DNA from: a virus
Taxonomy: Duplodnaviria; Caudoviricetes
Reading direction: 5' to 3' (one strand)
DNA length: 37,060 bases
Virus record (IMG/VR): IMGVR_UViG_3300022741_000087
Coordinates: 1-37,060 of that record
Under the pieces are notes generated by a model, which saw nothing but the letters and a program-made list of their open reading frames with translations, was not told where the DNA came from and did not search any database. Below, in pieces: positions 6,761 through 15,977 of this stretch; position 1 is the first letter of the stretch, and each line of letters starts with the position of its first letter. The translations under genes were made by a program, and so were the position numbers.

Positions 6761-9535
6761 CTAGACGTGTGGTTCATCACTGAGTTGGCGGGCCTGCGCT
6801 TGTCGCGCGAAGTCCTGCATCTGGCGCTGGATGTGCGGCCAGAGCTCCTGGGCCATGCGAGCGGGATCTTTCGCGTCGCCTTGCACAGTGATTGGGATGC
6901 TCGGCGAGAAGACGAAAGACTGGTCGACCTTCGCCTGCACGGCCTTGGCGGCTGCTGGTGCAGTCGCAATGTTCGGCGCCACGGCCGGCGGCGGTGCCGT
7001 CTCATTGATAGCGCGGACGACATCACCCGGTGCAGGGGCTGCCACCGGCTTTTCAGCGACCGCCTCCGCCGGCTTTTCCTTTTCGCCGAACAGGGCCTTG
7101 CCCAGCCAGGCTCCGCCAACTTCCCCGCCCATGCCGCCGACGATCGCACCCACCAGCCCCCCGATGGCCGTCCCGATCACGGGGACCACCGAGCCGAGCG
7201 CCGCACCTGCTACCGCCCCTGCAGCGGATCCGGCGAGGTTGCCGACGACGCCACCATACCCCTCCGCCTTCTCGTCCCGGGTTTCGGCATTCAGCGCGAC
7301 ATCAATCGCGCCGATTCCGGCGTCCACCAGGTTGACCCCGGGCAGCCGCTTCCCAGCTTCGGCTACACCTCGCATGCCCTTAACCAGGTCACCCATTCGG
7401 CTCGACGAGGCTGCGGGCAATCGAGGAGCCTCAGGCACCAAGGGCGCATGGGTAACGCCGACCGGCCTGGGCACGGTGGCCGGAGCGAACTCCGCTTCAG
7501 ACCGCACGCCCCTGATCACGTCGCCCACACGACTCGGCGGAGCCACTTCTGGTGCTGCGGGCGCCTGGAGGTTGCTGGCAGGCTTGGGAGTCGCTGCTGG
7601 CGTTGTCGGACGAGAGGTCGACGCGCGGCGCACCTGCGCGCGCTCCTGCCGCCTCGCCCTGCGCCGCTGCCGCCGGCTTGACTCTGGCCCCCCGGATCCG
7701 ACTGGCACTGTACGACCGATGGCATCGGCGTTGACAACGAACACCTTCTGCGTCTCCGGCACCTTCACCGGCGCCCCGACGGCAGGGTCATTGCGTCCCC
7801 TGCGGAAGCGATCGGGCAGCCTCGGCTGCTCACCTTGCGAAGTCGGCGCCGTCGTCGGCACTGTCGCTGATTTCGCGTGGCTGGCCACCACACGTTTACC
7901 ACCCTCGCCACCGCGCTCAGCCAGGCGCTCCAGAACGTTGCCGCGCCCCAGATCGATCAGCCCCTTCCCGACCCGATAGCTGCTGATGGCCCCCTTGAGC
8001 GCAATGAATCCCGCCGCGAGGGCACCGATTCCGACCACCACCGACTGGGACTCGCTGGACAGCTTGCTGAAGCCCTGGGCCAGGCCTGCAACGCTGGTCG
8101 CCACCCAGTCAGTGAACGGCCGGATCGAGTCGCCGAGGCTTCGCATCGCGTCATCCATCGCGTTCTTCGCCTCGATCCATTTCTGCGCTGACGTCTCGCG
8201 CCGCTCGGCAAGGTTTTTGTCGAGAATGCCGGTGGCCTTGTCGCCCATGGCATCCGTCTTCAGCTCCTTGTACAACCCTCGGTTCTGGCCGTATGCCGTC
8301 AACGCCGCCTTGACCTGCATGTCTGCGAAGATATCGCCGGTGCGCAGCGACTGCTCGAGGGCATCCAGCATTTTCAACGCCTTGGCCGGGTCAACTTCCT
8401 TGCTGATCTTCGCCTGGGCCTCGGCCATTTTCTTGGCCTTCGCCGGGTCGGTTTTCTGCACGTACTGCATCGCCAGGGCCATGCTGGATTCGAGCACCGA
8501 CATGCCCTTCTGGATCCCTGTCGTGAGCGATGCCTGGTAGTCGATACCCGCCTTCTTGTAAGCGTCGACCACCTCGCCGGAGCCGATCTTCTCGATCCAG
8601 TTCTTGAGGTTGTTCGCCGCCTCGTCGGAACTGCCCGCGGTTTTCATCTGCACCTGCAGCATGGCGCCCAGTTGCGCCACAGCTTCCGGCCCGACGCTAC
8701 CAGTCTTCTCCATCCCGGCCAGCAGCACGGGGAACCAGCGGGCCATGTCGCTGGCTTCGAATGAGCCTGCCTGGCCCTGGAGGGCGACCCCCTCCAGAGC
8801 CTTCTTCATCTTCTCGGGGTCGGTGATCTTGGCGTTCTGCTCCATCGACATGATCATCTTCGCCGTGTCTTCGCCACTCGCCCCCTGCCCCACCGAAAAC
8901 TTCGCAGCGACATCCGCATACGACAGCGCACGGTTCAGGTCCATGCCGGCACCGACCAACTGGTTGACCAGATCTGCTACGCCGGAGTTGCTCATGCCGT
9001 TGTCCTGGGCGACCTGGATGATGCGCTTGGACATGGCCTGCTCTTCCGGCTGATTCGCCACGCCCGCTTTGATCGCGATGTCACGCATCGTCGCCTGGTA
9101 CCCGGCGCTGATCGCGGTCGGAACCGCCACCGCAGCCACCGCTCCGGTCGCCTGGGCAGCGGTAGACTTGAGCCCCTCCTTGCCCGCCGTGATCTGCTGC
9201 TGCCCCTTCACCCGCAGGTCGGTCGCACGCGCTGTCCGACCCAGGCGCTGGTACTCCTTTTCCAGTCGGCCCACCTGGACACCCTGTTTGCGCAGCGAGT
9301 CCAGGTTGCTCTCCAGCTTGCGCAGCAGGCCCGCGGCCGAGGCCGAGCCGCTGTCGTGCGCTTTCTTCCACTCATCCCGCAGCTTGACCGTTTCGCCGAT
9401 CACGTTCTTCAGCACCCGGGCTTTGCTGCCCTTCTGCTCAAGCTGCGAAATGCCGCTTTCGGCGGTCTTGAACGCCGACCCAAGGGACGACGCCACCGCG
9501 CCGCCGATGACCAGCGCTACATTCAGCTTTGCCAT
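6761..9535 (-). CDS. Tail tape measure protein
   Basis: 924 aa, Ala/Gly-rich, GSFEASDMA and AANNLKN core, hydrophobic Gly-rich segments; follows chaperone genes. Confidence 0.9.
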   Translation of the reverse strand: MAKLNVALVIGGAVASSLGSAFKTAESGISQLEQKGSKARVLKNVIGETVKLRDEWKKAHDSGSASAAGLLRKLESNLDSLRKQGVQVGRLEKEYQRLGRTARATDLRVKGQQQITAGKEGLKSTAAQATGAVAAVAVPTAISAGYQATMRDIAIKAGVANQPEEQAMSKRIIQVAQDNGMSNSGVADLVNQLVGAGMDLNRALSYADVAAKFSVGQGASGEDTAKMIMSMEQNAKITDPEKMKKALEGVALQGQAGSFEASDMARWFPVLLAGMEKTGSVGPEAVAQLGAMLQVQMKTAGSSDEAANNLKNWIEKIGSGEVVDAYKKAGIDYQASLTTGIQKGMSVLESSMALAMQYVQKTDPAKAKKMAEAQAKISKEVDPAKALKMLDALEQSLRTGDIFADMQVKAALTAYGQNRGLYKELKTDAMGDKATGILDKNLAERRETSAQKWIEAKNAMDDAMRSLGDSIRPFTDWVATSVAGLAQGFSKLSSESQSVVVGIGALAAGFIALKGAISSYRVGKGLIDLGRGNVLERLAERGGEGGKRVVASHAKSATVPTTAPTSQGEQPRLPDRFRRGRNDPAVGAPVKVPETQKVFVVNADAIGRTVPVGSGGPESSRRQRRRARRQERAQVRRASTSRPTTPAATPKPASNLQAPAAPEVAPPSRVGDVIRGVRSEAEFAPATVPRPVGVTHAPLVPEAPRLPAASSSRMGDLVKGMRGVAEAGKRLPGVNLVDAGIGAIDVALNAETRDEKAEGYGGVVGNLAGSAAGAVAGAALGSVVPVIGTAIGGLVGAIVGGMGGEVGGAWLGKALFGEKEKPAEAVAEKPVAAPAPGDVVRAINETAPPPAVAPNIATAPAAAKAVQAKVDQSFVFSPSIPITVQGDAKDPARMAQELWPHIQRQMQDFARQAQARQLSDEPHV

Positions 9536-9553
9536 GATTCCCCCCTGTCGGGC

Positions 9554-9670
9554 TCAGTCCGTGAGCCACCAGACCATGTCGGCGTACGACATGGTCATGA
9601 TCTCCGCGGCGGAAAAGCCCAGTTCCTGGGCGAGCCGCTTCGCTGCCGCCTTCTGCGTGGACGGACTAAA
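9554..9670 (-). CDS. Tail assembly chaperone extension (gpE'-like), probably reached by frameshift
   Basis: Frame reads FSPSTQKAAAKRLAQELGFSAAEIMTMSYADMVWWLTD*; fills the gap to the tape measure RBS; no upstream start codon in this frame. Confidence 0.7.
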   Translation of the reverse strand, partial: FSPSTQKAAAKRLAQELGFSAAEIMTMSYADMVWWLTD

Positions 9671-9962
9671 GCTCGTCGTCCTGCACCAGGCGAAAATACC
9701 CGGCCTGCAGGCGGGTGTAGTCCTTCAGGGCCAGGCCCTCCAGGTCCTTGGTGCTGACCTCGGCGAGGGACGCGAACAGGTTCATCTCACGCTGCTCGGG
9801 ATCATCACCGCCGGACTGCTGGGCAGTGCGCAGATCACGAACGGTCGGCGCACGCAGACTCAGCTTGTCGACCTTGATGCCATTGGCTTCGCTGAGGCGG
9901 GTCAGGTTGATAGTCACGCGGTCAGCATCGATGACCATCCAGCTCGGGGTTTTCTGGCTCAT
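9666..9962 (-). CDS. Tail assembly chaperone (P2 gpE / Mu gp41 family)
   Basis: LRAPTVRD, LFASLA, DYTRLQ motifs; between tube and tape measure; AAGGA RBS before ATG 9962. Confidence 0.87.
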   Translation of the reverse strand: MSQKTPSWMVIDADRVTINLTRLSEANGIKVDKLSLRAPTVRDLRTAQQSGGDDPEQREMNLFASLAEVSTKDLEGLALKDYTRLQAGYFRLVQDDEL

Positions 9963-9993
9963 GCGGTTTTCCTTTGTGTGCTGAGGGGAGGGG

Positions 9994-10503
9994 TTACAGG
10001 CCGAGGGCAGACCGCTGAGCGGCCAACTGGTCGACGCCATTGATGACGCGCTTCATGCCGAGCGGATCGATCTCGTACATCAGCCGACCGTCGACTTCGA
10101 GCTTGTAGTACGTGAGCGCAACCGAGTGCTTGAACTCGGCCTTGTCGGCGGGCTTCCAGTCGCCCATGTCGAGCTCCTTGAGCAACCCGCGAAGCGTCAC
10201 CACCACCGGGGTGATCGCGCCCTTGAGGCCCTTGAAGGCCCCACGGAAGGTGCCGTTGAACGACGTCCCGTCGGCCAGGCCGAAGAACTTCAGCGACTCC
10301 TTGCGCACACCGGTGGTGGCGAAGCTCGCTTCCATCTTCTCCATGCCCTGGTCTTTCTCGATCGGCGCGTCCATGCCGCCCAGGCGCAGTTCCTCGGTCT
10401 TGAGGGTCAGCTTGGGCAGGGTCAGGCTCGTGACGTCGCCCTGGAAGCTGACGCCGTCGACGAACAGGTTCAGGTTCGCCAGGGTTTGCGGGATCATTGC
10501 CAT
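9994..10503 (-). CDS. Major tail tube protein (P2 FII family)
   Basis: TLPKL, GGMDAP, YYKLEVDG, EIDP..VINGVD motifs; AGGAG RBS. Confidence 0.93.
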   Translation of the reverse strand: MAMIPQTLANLNLFVDGVSFQGDVTSLTLPKLTLKTEELRLGGMDAPIEKDQGMEKMEASFATTGVRKESLKFFGLADGTSFNGTFRGAFKGLKGAITPVVVTLRGLLKELDMGDWKPADKAEFKHSVALTYYKLEVDGRLMYEIDPLGMKRVINGVDQLAAQRSALGL

Positions 10504-10515
10504 GTGGTGTGCTCC

Positions 10516-11682
10516 TTAAGCGTTCTGGTCGAGGACTTCGGTCAGCCACTGATTGGTGACCTCGACGCGGAAGTTGGGGTTTTCGGCAGGCGGGACGTCG
10601 GTGAAGCGGATGTTCCAGTACACCTTGCCCTGCTCCAGCTGGCTGGCCGTGTTCAGCTCGGGGTCCGCGTAGACCTCGAAGTTGATGATGGCGCCCTGGG
10701 CCTTCAGGTCGCGCATGAAGTTCTCCAGTCCCTCGGTCACGTCCTTGACGTAGGTCGCGGTGATCGAGCGGTCCACCGCCCACTTGTGGCCGTAGAGGAT
10801 GGCGTCCATGACGATGTCCATGGTCCGCACGCGGGTGACGAAGGCCCACTTCGGATCGCTGGACAGGGTACGGTTGCCCCACAGGCGATAGCCGTCGTCG
10901 CGGATGATGGTGGTGATATTGGCGTTGTTGAGCAGGTTGGCCCGGCAGGTTTCGTCGCCGTCGAGGAATTCGACCGAGCGCGTGGTACCGGTGATACCGA
11001 CGAACTCCTTGTTCGACGGCGAGGCCCAGAAGCCGTATTCGTTGTCGGTCCAGGCGAACAGGCCGGCGACCCAGGCCGAGGCCGGCGCATCGACGGTGGC
11101 GTCGGCAGCGGTGTCCCAGTACTGCACGCCCGGGTCGACCATGTAGGCGCGTTTGGCGCCGAAGTTCTCCGCGTAGGCCAGCGCGGCCTCGTCGGTAGTG
11201 CCCGGGCCGTCGATGATCGCGATGCCGCGCAGCTTGTCGGCCAGGGCCACCAGCGCGGTACCGACCGCCTGGGTCGCGCTGTGTTTCGGCGTCACCAGCA
11301 AGCGCGGCTGGGCGTTGAAACGGCTCTTGCCGTCGAGCAGCGCCTGCAGGCCGGTACGCTTGCCGTCGACAAGCACGCCGCCGATGATCGCCGAGGTCTG
11401 CGCGGCCGCGTCCTCCAGCTTCGCCACGCCGCACGCGACGATCACCGCCTTGGCGCGTGCGTAGATGGCCTGGCACGCCTTGGTGATGGCCGAGGCCGGG
11501 CCGAAGGCGGCGACGGCTTCGCGCTCGCTGGTGATCAGTACCAGGTCATTGGCCTTGGCCGTGGCATCGGCGCCAGGCGTGAAGGTATCGACCAGGCCAA
11601 TGATGGACGACGACGGCAGCGCGATGTTGCGCGCCCCGGTGTCGACGTTCGTTACGGTAACGCCGTGAAAAAAGCCACTCAT
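10516..11682 (-). CDS. Contractile tail sheath protein (P2 FI family)
   Basis: FFHGVTV, FWASPSN, GYRLWGNRT, FVTRVRT, PPAENP motifs. Confidence 0.95.
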   Translation of the reverse strand: MSGFFHGVTVTNVDTGARNIALPSSSIIGLVDTFTPGADATAKANDLVLITSEREAVAAFGPASAITKACQAIYARAKAVIVACGVAKLEDAAAQTSAIIGGVLVDGKRTGLQALLDGKSRFNAQPRLLVTPKHSATQAVGTALVALADKLRGIAIIDGPGTTDEAALAYAENFGAKRAYMVDPGVQYWDTAADATVDAPASAWVAGLFAWTDNEYGFWASPSNKEFVGITGTTRSVEFLDGDETCRANLLNNANITTIIRDDGYRLWGNRTLSSDPKWAFVTRVRTMDIVMDAILYGHKWAVDRSITATYVKDVTEGLENFMRDLKAQGAIINFEVYADPELNTASQLEQGKVYWNIRFTDVPPAENPNFRVEVTNQWLTEVLDQNA

Positions 11683-11698
11683 GCGGTTCTCCAGATAC

Positions 11699-11722
11699 GA
11701 AAAGGCCCCGCATAGCGAGGCC
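11699..11722 (-). terminator. Second terminator-like hairpin upstream of sheath
   Basis: GGCCTCGC-tat-GCGGGGCC followed by a T run on the minus strand. Confidence 0.5.
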
Positions 11723-11733
11723 GAGGTACAACG

Positions 11734-11764
11734 AAAATGAAAACGCCCCGTCAGTACGGGGCGT
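11734..11764 (-). terminator. Intrinsic terminator after tail fibre assembly gene
   Basis: Perfect ACGCCCCGT-actg-ACGGGGCGT stem followed by TTTCATTTT. Confidence 0.65.
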
Positions 11765-12147
11765 CAGGGGGCTGAAATGCCGATCCAGTCCGGCGCCGCA
11801 GGGCGCTCGCCAGGCTCAGGAAACTGCTCAGACTGGGGCCAGTCGCGCAACAATTGCAGATAGTTCAGAAGCTCAGCGAACTGATCGGTCGACAGGGTCG
11901 TGTCACGGCCCAGCTCCTTTTCGTCACGGTGGCGTTCGCGTAGCCACGTGACACTGGCAACAGCGGCATCACGCCAAGAGCGTTCAGTCGCATCGAGTTG
12001 CTCTTGCGTCGGCTGTGGCGGGGCCAAGTGAAGCTCTACCTCTTCGGCAGTCATTGCTACAAGGCCGTCACGGATCACGCCGTCTTGTGACCCGTCAGCC
12101 TCGTATGCGAACACCAATTCGGTGTCCGGATCTCGATAAAATTTCAT
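11764..12147 (-). CDS. Tail fibre assembly chaperone
   Basis: ERSWRD, YLQLLRDWPQ...FP...RPAAPDW motif; TGATG overlap with fibre stop. Confidence 0.85.
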   Translation of the reverse strand: MKFYRDPDTELVFAYEADGSQDGVIRDGLVAMTAEEVELHLAPPQPTQEQLDATERSWRDAAVASVTWLRERHRDEKELGRDTTLSTDQFAELLNYLQLLRDWPQSEQFPEPGERPAAPDWIGISAP

Positions 12148-13571
12148 CAGCGCCTCTCCTTCCATACCAACGAGTTGTACGCGGTCCCGAAGAAGGCAAC
12201 CGAGTAGGTTTCGCCCGGGCCAACGATAAACTCGTACAAAAAGTAGCCGCCGCCGCCATATGCAGTGGTACCGGTCAGCATCTGTCCGTCCACAGTCGCG
12301 CGGAATGTGCCGGAGCCGCCTGCGGTTGGCTGAATTGCGGAGACATGAACGATGATCGGCTTGCCTGTGGTGTTCGTGTAGGCAGTGTTCAGCGCTCGGC
12401 TTGCAGTCATGTCCTGGATCGTTTGTCGGACACCAAGCATCCTGGCCATGACTTCGTCTTGCGTGAAGGCATCGCCGATCCCGTAGCCGGCCAGCGTGGT
12501 CGCTTTGCTCGCTTTTCCTGCCAGGCCTGTCGTCAGGTCATCCTTGGTCGGTGCATCGGTAATACCGTAGCCGGACAGCGTGGTTGACTTGCCGGCCTTG
12601 CCGTTGAGCAGGGTCGTCACCTGGTCCTGGGTGAAGGCGTCGCCGATCCCGTAGCCAGCCAGCGTGGTTGACTTGCCAGCCTTGCCGTTGAGCAGGGTGG
12701 TCACCTGGTCCTGGGTGAAGGCGTCGCTGATCCCGTAGCCAGCCAGCGTGGTTGACTTGCCGGCCTTGCCATTGAGCAGGGTGGTCACCTGGTCTTGTGT
12801 AAAGGCGTCGCTGATCCCGTAGCCGGCCAGCGTGGTTGACTTGCCGGCCTTGCCGTTGAGCAGGGTCGTCACCTGGTCTTGCGTGAAGGCGTCACCGATC
12901 CCGTAGCCAGCCAGCGTGGTTGCCTTGCCTGCCTTGCCGTTGAGCAGAGTGGTCACCTGGTCTTGTGTAAAGGCGTCGCCGATCCCGTAGCCGGCCAACG
13001 TGTTCGGATTTTCCCCGTTCACAACCACGCCGCGAGCATTGATCGTCACCTTCGTGTAGCTACCAGTCTGGCGGTTGGCGGGTAGCACTTCAAGAATCCG
13101 GCTATCCACGTATTCTCGCGTAGCCAGCACCACCGCCGGATCGATCTTCAACTGAACGTTCGCGGTGCTGGTGACGATGATGTTCAGCCGGACCACCTGT
13201 GTCTTGCCTGTGCCTTGACTGAGCAGCGGCTTGAAACTCGGCGCGCAATTGGCGACCGCGACGAGGTTGCCCGCCTCGTCATACAGACCGATTTCCCGAA
13301 TCCACCAACCCCCTTCATCCGGGGGAATGACCTGCTCGGCAATGATCACGCTGGCATTGTTAGGGTCGACCTTAAGCTGATTCAGCGACGCCCGACGACG
13401 CTCGTTGATCAGCTGGGTTTGAGCGCGAGAAGGAATTGGGTCAGTGCCATTGGCATCACCCACCCCCATCGCAGAAATTGTCCACGGCACGCCCAGCGCG
13501 TTGGCGTTGGCCTGCTTGGCCTCGCCCACAGCGGTGAGGATCGCAAAGAACTGACTATTCGCAGTCGTCAT
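12147..13571 (-). CDS. Tail fibre protein (P2 gpH-like N-terminus, repeat shaft, short C-terminal tip)
   Basis: ILTAVGEAK, GGWWIREIGL, IDPAVVLATREYVD collar; TLAGYGI.DA repeats. Confidence 0.92.
   Translation of the reverse strand: MTTANSQFFAILTAVGEAKQANANALGVPWTISAMGVGDANGTDPIPSRAQTQLINERRRASLNQLKVDPNNASVIIAEQVIPPDEGGWWIREIGLYDEAGNLVAVANCAPSFKPLLSQGTGKTQVVRLNIIVTSTANVQLKIDPAVVLATREYVDSRILEVLPANRQTGSYTKVTINARGVVVNGENPNTLAGYGIGDAFTQDQVTTLLNGKAGKATTLAGYGIGDAFTQDQVTTLLNGKAGKSTTLAGYGISDAFTQDQVTTLLNGKAGKSTTLAGYGISDAFTQDQVTTLLNGKAGKSTTLAGYGIGDAFTQDQVTTLLNGKAGKSTTLSGYGITDAPTKDDLTTGLAGKASKATTLAGYGIGDAFTQDEVMARMLGVRQTIQDMTASRALNTAYTNTTGKPIIVHVSAIQPTAGGSGTFRATVDGQMLTGTTAYGGGGYFLYEFIVGPGETYSVAFFGTAYNSLVWKERR
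12450..13001 (-). repeat. 84-bp tandem repeat, six full units plus one partial, in tail fibre
   Basis: CCGTAGCC recurs at 12481, 12565, 12649, 12733, 12817, 12901, 12985; unit TLAGYGI(G/S)DAFTQDQVTTLLNGKAGK(S/A)T. Confidence 0.95.
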
Positions 13572-14173
13572 GAATACACGTCCAGAAATTCAATTTGATG
13601 GTCCCGGCCCACTTGCCCAAAGGTCCCACTGACCTCGATATCCAGGGCAAGCGGGGGATAGACGTCGATTTCCTCGCCCTCGCTCAGGCCCATGCCGACA
13701 CGCATGTAGCCACTGCTCGACAAGGCGATTGCGAGGCCGGTCAACTGGCGGCTAACGGGCTTGGCATCATCAATCAACCGCGTCAGCTCTTGGTACATCT
13801 CGTCGGTGATGCCCTGGTCGAGCACACCCACTCGCAGCGCGAAGGTGCCGGGCTCGCCCATGGGAACGGTTTGAAACCACTCTTTCACCTCGATCAGGTA
13901 GCCCAGCGGCTCGACCACACGGCGCAGGGCGCCGATGGTCCCCTTGCGCGAGTGGAGGTAGAACGCACTGCGGATTACCGAGCGCTTGACCGCCTCGGAC
14001 CACTTTTCATCCCAGCGATCCACGGACCAGGCCCACGCCAACTGGTGGAGCAGGTGCGCCGGGCAAGTGTCGGGGTTGTAGAGCGTGCGCAGCGGCACGT
14101 CAGGGCGCTCGACAGTGGCCGCCTCGATGCCGCGCTCAAGCAGCGTGGAGTTGTTCGGCAGCAGGCTCGACAT
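13568..14173 (-). CDS. Baseplate/tail protein I (P2 gpI)
   Basis: SLLPNN, LAWAWSVDRWD, KGTIGALRRVVEPLG, AKPVSR motifs. Confidence 0.92.
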   Translation of the reverse strand: MSSLLPNNSTLLERGIEAATVERPDVPLRTLYNPDTCPAHLLHQLAWAWSVDRWDEKWSEAVKRSVIRSAFYLHSRKGTIGALRRVVEPLGYLIEVKEWFQTVPMGEPGTFALRVGVLDQGITDEMYQELTRLIDDAKPVSRQLTGLAIALSSSGYMRVGMGLSEGEEIDVYPPLALDIEVSGTFGQVGRDHQIEFLDVYS

Positions 14174-14174
14174 A

Positions 14175-15062
14175 TCAGCTACCCCATGCAACGGTGAACT
14201 CGTCGCACCAGGCCGCCTGCGACTTGGTCGGGGCCAGATCCTGCCAGCCCACCAGTTCCACCCGGCTCACGCCGGCGATATGCAGCTGGGCGTCTATCGC
14301 CGACCGCGCGACCTCCACACCGAGCCGGCGGCGCGGGTTGATCCACGCCGCCAGCCGGCGCTTGCACTCAGCAAGCGTGGCCTCGGACTCCGGGCCGCTG
14401 CCGGCCCTGTGCAACACGGCATCGATGCGGTAGTGCAGGACTTCGGCGCTTTCAACGAACAGCCGATCCCCGACCGGCCGCACGTCGTCATCACTGAGCT
14501 TGATCCGTACTGCCTCCAGCAGCTCGGGGCTGGCCTCACCCGTGCCCGCACCTTCCAGCGACAACACTGTTACGGTCACGACCGCCGGCGACGGGCTTTC
14601 CGCCGTGGCGTCCGCGACCAGCCCCGAGGCGTTGCGGGCATGCAGGATGTAGCTGTTACGCGGACCGGCCGTGGTCAGCCCCTCGTAGACCAACTGGATA
14701 CGCTCGCGCAGGGCGTCGTCTTCCTCCAGCACCTCCACCGTCGGCGGCGACGTGCTTGGGTCCGCTGCCTGCACTACCAGGCGCTTGAGTTCGACGTTGG
14801 CAGCGAGCTGGTCAAGGTCACTGCCTTGGGCGTAAGCCAACATCAACGCCTTGGCCGCGTCATTGATCCGCGCCCGGTTCTGCAAGCGCACATAAGCACC
14901 CAGCTCCAGCAGTTTGGTCACCGGATCGCTTTCAAGGTTGGCCGTCCAGTTCTCACCCATGAAGGCACGGAAGGTCTCCAGCCCCTGCTGGTACGTCTCT
15001 TCATAGTCCAGATCCTCCAGCACCTGTGGCGCCGGCAAGGACGACAGTTCAACAGTGCTCAC
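14175..15062 (-). CDS. Baseplate assembly protein J (P2 gpJ)
   Basis: LPAPQVLE, LESDP, GSDLDQLAA, TTAGP..SY, VRPVGDR motifs; GTG start. Confidence 0.93.
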   Translation of the reverse strand: MSTVELSSLPAPQVLEDLDYEETYQQGLETFRAFMGENWTANLESDPVTKLLELGAYVRLQNRARINDAAKALMLAYAQGSDLDQLAANVELKRLVVQAADPSTSPPTVEVLEEDDALRERIQLVYEGLTTAGPRNSYILHARNASGLVADATAESPSPAVVTVTVLSLEGAGTGEASPELLEAVRIKLSDDDVRPVGDRLFVESAEVLHYRIDAVLHRAGSGPESEATLAECKRRLAAWINPRRRLGVEVARSAIDAQLHIAGVSRVELVGWQDLAPTKSQAAWCDEFTVAWGS

Positions 15063-15385
15063 GCGCTCACCTCCAAAATCTGGCTATCGCCCAGGTACTG
15101 CCCCGTCAGTTGCAATGTGATCTGGCCGCCGACGACGGCCGTCACGCGCACACGTTCCAACTTCAAGCGGGGCTCCCAGCGACCTAGTGCCCTGGCGACC
15201 TCGGCCTGCACGGCGCTTTTCCAGCCCTCGTTAACCGGCAGGTCGACGAATCGGCGCAGCTTGCTGCCGTAGTCCGGGCGCATGCGCCGGCTTCCCAGCG
15301 GGGTGGTCAGGATGTCTTCGATGGACTGCCGCAGGTGGGCAATGCCCGACAGCGGCTGCCCGTTGCGGCGGTCCACTCCGATCAC
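15059..15385 (-). CDS. Baseplate wedge protein W (gp25-like)
   Basis: HLRQSIEDILTTPLGSR.MRPDYGS, ALGRWEPR; GTG at 15385 with AAGGAG RBS. Confidence 0.9.
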   Translation of the reverse strand: MIGVDRRNGQPLSGIAHLRQSIEDILTTPLGSRRMRPDYGSKLRRFVDLPVNEGWKSAVQAEVARALGRWEPRLKLERVRVTAVVGGQITLQLTGQYLGDSQILEVSA

Positions 15386-15389
15386 GGGC

Positions 15390-15590
15390 TTACTCCTTCT
15401 GCATGTCCGGGTGCTTGCCCAGGTACGCCGCGGCGACCTTGTCGCTGGCATCGATTACCACCTGGCTGCGCACCACCGACAGTTCGCGGTCGCCCGGGAG
15501 AATCAGGGTGCGGGAGGTGAAGCGGGTATCACGAAACGTCAGCCTCGTGCCGACAGAGGTCGGCTCAGGCGCGGGGGTGGTACTTTCCAT
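15390..15590 (-). CDS. Small hypothetical protein in baseplate cluster
   Basis: 66-aa ORF with AGGA RBS; FRDTRFTSRTLIL; stop abuts gpW RBS. Confidence 0.7.
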   Translation of the reverse strand: MESTTPAPEPTSVGTRLTFRDTRFTSRTLILPGDRELSVVRSQVVIDASDKVAAAYLGKHPDMQKE

Positions 15591-15609
15591 GGGTTTTCCT
15601 TCTGACATG

Positions 15610-15631
15610 AAAAAGCCCGCACTGGCGGGCT
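15610..15631 (-). terminator. Intrinsic terminator-like hairpin
   Basis: AGCCCGC-cagt-GCGGGCT followed by TTTT on the minus strand. Confidence 0.6.
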
Positions 15632-15649
15632 CGTATGGGGCGGCCGGGA

Positions 15650-15970
15650 TCAGCGTTGGCCATCGAAGCATTTGGCCAACCCGCCCTTGATCGCATCAGC
15701 CAAAGCATCAGGGCCAATAACACCCGAAACATTGATCTTCACCGCCAAGGCTTTGGCAGGTTCTGGAGCGCGAACATAGCGCCCCACCCCCAGAGCCAAA
15801 GCCAGGCCTTGGGCGATTTCCTCCGGGTCATTTTCGCCAGCCAACAGTCGCCGCCAGAAACTCAACATCCGAAAATGATCGGCATAGCCTGCCAGGCTCT
15901 TGTCGACCATCGACATGATCAGGTGCCGGTCCGCGCCATTGATCGGCGGCAGTGGATCTTTCTCGCTCAT
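15650..15970 (-). CDS. Hypothetical protein (moron-like insertion)
   Basis: 106-aa ORF with GAGGT RBS directly after gpV stop, followed by a terminator-like hairpin. Confidence 0.65.
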   Translation of the reverse strand: MSEKDPLPPINGADRHLIMSMVDKSLAGYADHFRMLSFWRRLLAGENDPEEIAQGLALALGVGRYVRAPEPAKALAVKINVSGVIGPDALADAIKGGLAKCFDGQR

Positions 15971-15977
15971 ACCTACC

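Noticed and set aside
10126-11715. 529-aa + strand ORF and 505-aa alternative-frame ORF (9959-11476)
   Set aside because: Overlap well-supported sheath and tube genes; composition typical of shadow frames
12450-13001. CRISPR array or DGR template/variable repeat
   Set aside because: In-frame coding tandem repeat with no spacers, no cas genes, no reverse transcriptase and no adenine-specific variation
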